In this document: one piece after another, positions 61,861 to 64,000 of the stretch
Layout: each line of letters begins with the position of its first letter
Numbering within the stretch: the stretch's first letter is position 1
Assembly: GCA_002269645.1 (NCBI GenBank)
Contig: NIVC01002859.1
Span: 70,616-134,615, forward strand
DNA from: Macrostomum lignano
Taxonomy: Eukaryota
Length of the DNA: 64,000 bases
Direction of reading: 5' to 3'
Translations under genes and position numbers: made by a program
The notes under the pieces: generated by a model
The model's input: the letters and a program-made list of their open reading frames with translations, nothing else
Database searches by the model: none
Told to the model about the DNA's origin: nothing

Positions 61861-64000
61861 AAGGTTTAAGAGAGCTGAGTAGAAAGACAGCAGATTTGAT
61901 TGCTTGCATCTTTCATTTACGCAAACAAAATCGAAATGGCTGACGCAGAGCCAACTACAATGGCAGAAGTTCTGCCTCCTCTATTTAACTACGGAGCTAT
62001 GCCGAATGGTGAGATTTCAGGAGTAACATCCGGCGAGTTCGACTTGATTTGCACGTCATTCGATCATGCCCAAGGTCATTAGACAGTCGAGATGCAGCGA
62101 ACCGCTATAGATTCTCCGAGAAAAGCTGCTAGAGGCTTTCGCCATCTTCTTGAGTTTATGAAGAGCGTCAGTGAGAAAGCAGGCGGCCTTACTAAGGTGT
62201 ACACCGACCGCTGCATATGGTAGGTAGTTTGACCTGTCCACCATATTCATGTGTCTCTGTGAACACATTTGAATCTAGACAAATCAGTTGCCAACTTTTC
62301 TTAAACTGCAGAGTAACTAGAGCGTGCCACCTGGATGCCTGTGGCCAGACTATCCAGGAGATCTTGCTCATCACTGGGCGAAAGTGTGAGCGAACTGTTA
62401 AGCGCTACTTATCGAGGCGACGTGATCGCAGTTTGTATAGGGCATCTCTGGCTGTGGATCAGGCGCTGAATCATACAGTTTCCGAAACTAATGTCAATAA
62501 GATCGTTAAGCTAGCTCGTCCAAAATCCAATCACAATAAGCGAGGCTACGATGGAGGAATGTGCGGATGTTTATCAAGAGCCTATCCAGACCGACGGCGC
62601 ACTACGTGTGCAGGCTGCTCCGTCAAAGAAGATGAAAGTGACCATTGGCGGCAGTCGCAATCTGATCGATATTCTTTTTGAGTGACGTTTCTGTGTAGGC
62701 CTGGTATTAACTGATTAACATACGATTTCTTTGTTGAACAGTTTTTGATGTTTTTCTAACATAAAAAATAAAATTTACCCTTTGCTATTGTTTAAATTGC
62801 GTTGCGTGTTAATGTCCAAAATGACATTAACACGCATCCCACGCGCGTGTTATTGTCACCAAAAGTGCATAGCAATGGTCTATGGCCGATCTTACAGTTG
62901 TATCTAAGTGAGAATATAGCTCGATCGGTATTAAAAATACCTATAAAAATACTTTTATAGGTACTAAGTATAAATAAAGTGTTAATCTCCGACTTCTTCG
63001 ATACGTAACACTGGCGACGATTCCGATAGAACCCCTAGAAACAGATGGAGTGACCCGATGGCTCCAACGCTTCGATGCTACCGTGAAAGTAAAAAAATGG
63101 GCGGAGGATTTGCTAAAGTACGCGTTTGGTTTCCTTTTTGGTTTGGTTTGGCGGAACGTTTCGTGCGGACAATTAAGGAGGCCATCAAAGCAAACGGACT
63201 CAGTCAAGCAGTTATCGATCGCTACCTGTTGTTCTATCGAGCATCTGGTGGGAAGAGCAGAGCATCACCCGCAGAACTGCTGTTCGGCAGAAAGATCCGA
63301 GCACCACTGCTCTCCAATAGGCCAACCTGGGTACCCGGCGAGCATCTAATCTACAAAACCGACCGACGGGCTCAAGAAGCTTCACTAGTTTGCCCAACGG
63401 GTTCAAACATGGCCACTATCAAGGTGGGGCCCGATCTGTACAAGAAGGCCACCTGGATCAACTCCAGAGGCATAGTCCCATGCAAGTCGATAGTGAAGCA
63501 GCAGAGATCAACACCGAGGCTGACGCAGACCAAGCCGCCGGGGCGCGAGCGTCGGACAGCAGTCAGAACGTCAGCAGAAGCTCCTGTGTCATTTCTGAAG
63601 ACTTACAGCCGCTACACACCCCCCGAGGACTGCGGAACACAGCCCTCACAGCAGCATCAACAGCTGCTGACGCCTGGTCGGCTGGAACTGACGCCTGAGG
63701 AGTTGGGCCCCAGGAGAAGTCGCCGTCTGTGTGGGAAGTCCCGCGTCAACTACAAGGTTAGAATGTGCAAGTTCATTTTGTAAAAGAAGGGAGGTGTTGC
63801 ATACTAGCCTTAAGTATAGAGGCAGAGTTTTATTTATTATTATTGCTACGTACGAATAGCCATGTCGAGCCATAGACTCTAATGAAAACGCTATGGCTAC
63901 AGGTCGTGAAGCAATCCAAGTCGATGAGCTTGGGGATAATAAAACGAGAAAGATCAGAGCTGATCATATTTAAGACGAGCCAGACTCGCATACCATCGCT
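61861..64000. repeat. 5.63-kb tandem unit, copy 4 (partial, continues past window end)
   Basis: Same sequence with several 1-bp indels. Confidence 0.95.

Overview
Eukaryotic (animal) genomic DNA with spliceosomal introns. GC3-rich exons, polyQ tracts and minisatellite-filled introns resemble a Macrostomum-type flatworm, but this is inference only. (1) 1-4.7 kb: first two coding exons of an insulin-receptor-like gene (minus strand) plus minisatellites. (2) About 4.9-24.2 kb: an AT-rich, almost CpG-free domain of decayed transposons (Tc1/mariner, Merlin, MITEs) dominated by C>T/G>A changes. It is interrupted by a CpG island carrying exon 1 of EF-1-beta. (3) 24.3-39.2 kb: GC-rich gene cluster with EF-1-beta exons 2-3, a Rab24-like GTPase and a KIAA0513-like gene with a roughly 880-aa Q-rich N-terminal extension; many introns hold their own tandem array. 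(4) 40.5-64 kb: a dense patchwork of short fragments from unrelated TE superfamilies. From 44,967 it becomes a near-perfect head-to-tail array of a ~5.63-kb unit (3 full copies plus a partial copy running off the window). The unit is Crypton + Gypsy + piggyBac + DIRS + Harbinger pieces. The strongest leads are this amplified TE-mosaic unit (candidate piRNA-cluster-like locus) and the domain-restricted, RIP-like C>T hypermutation. All homology calls are by eye from recalled family motifs; no database searches were run.
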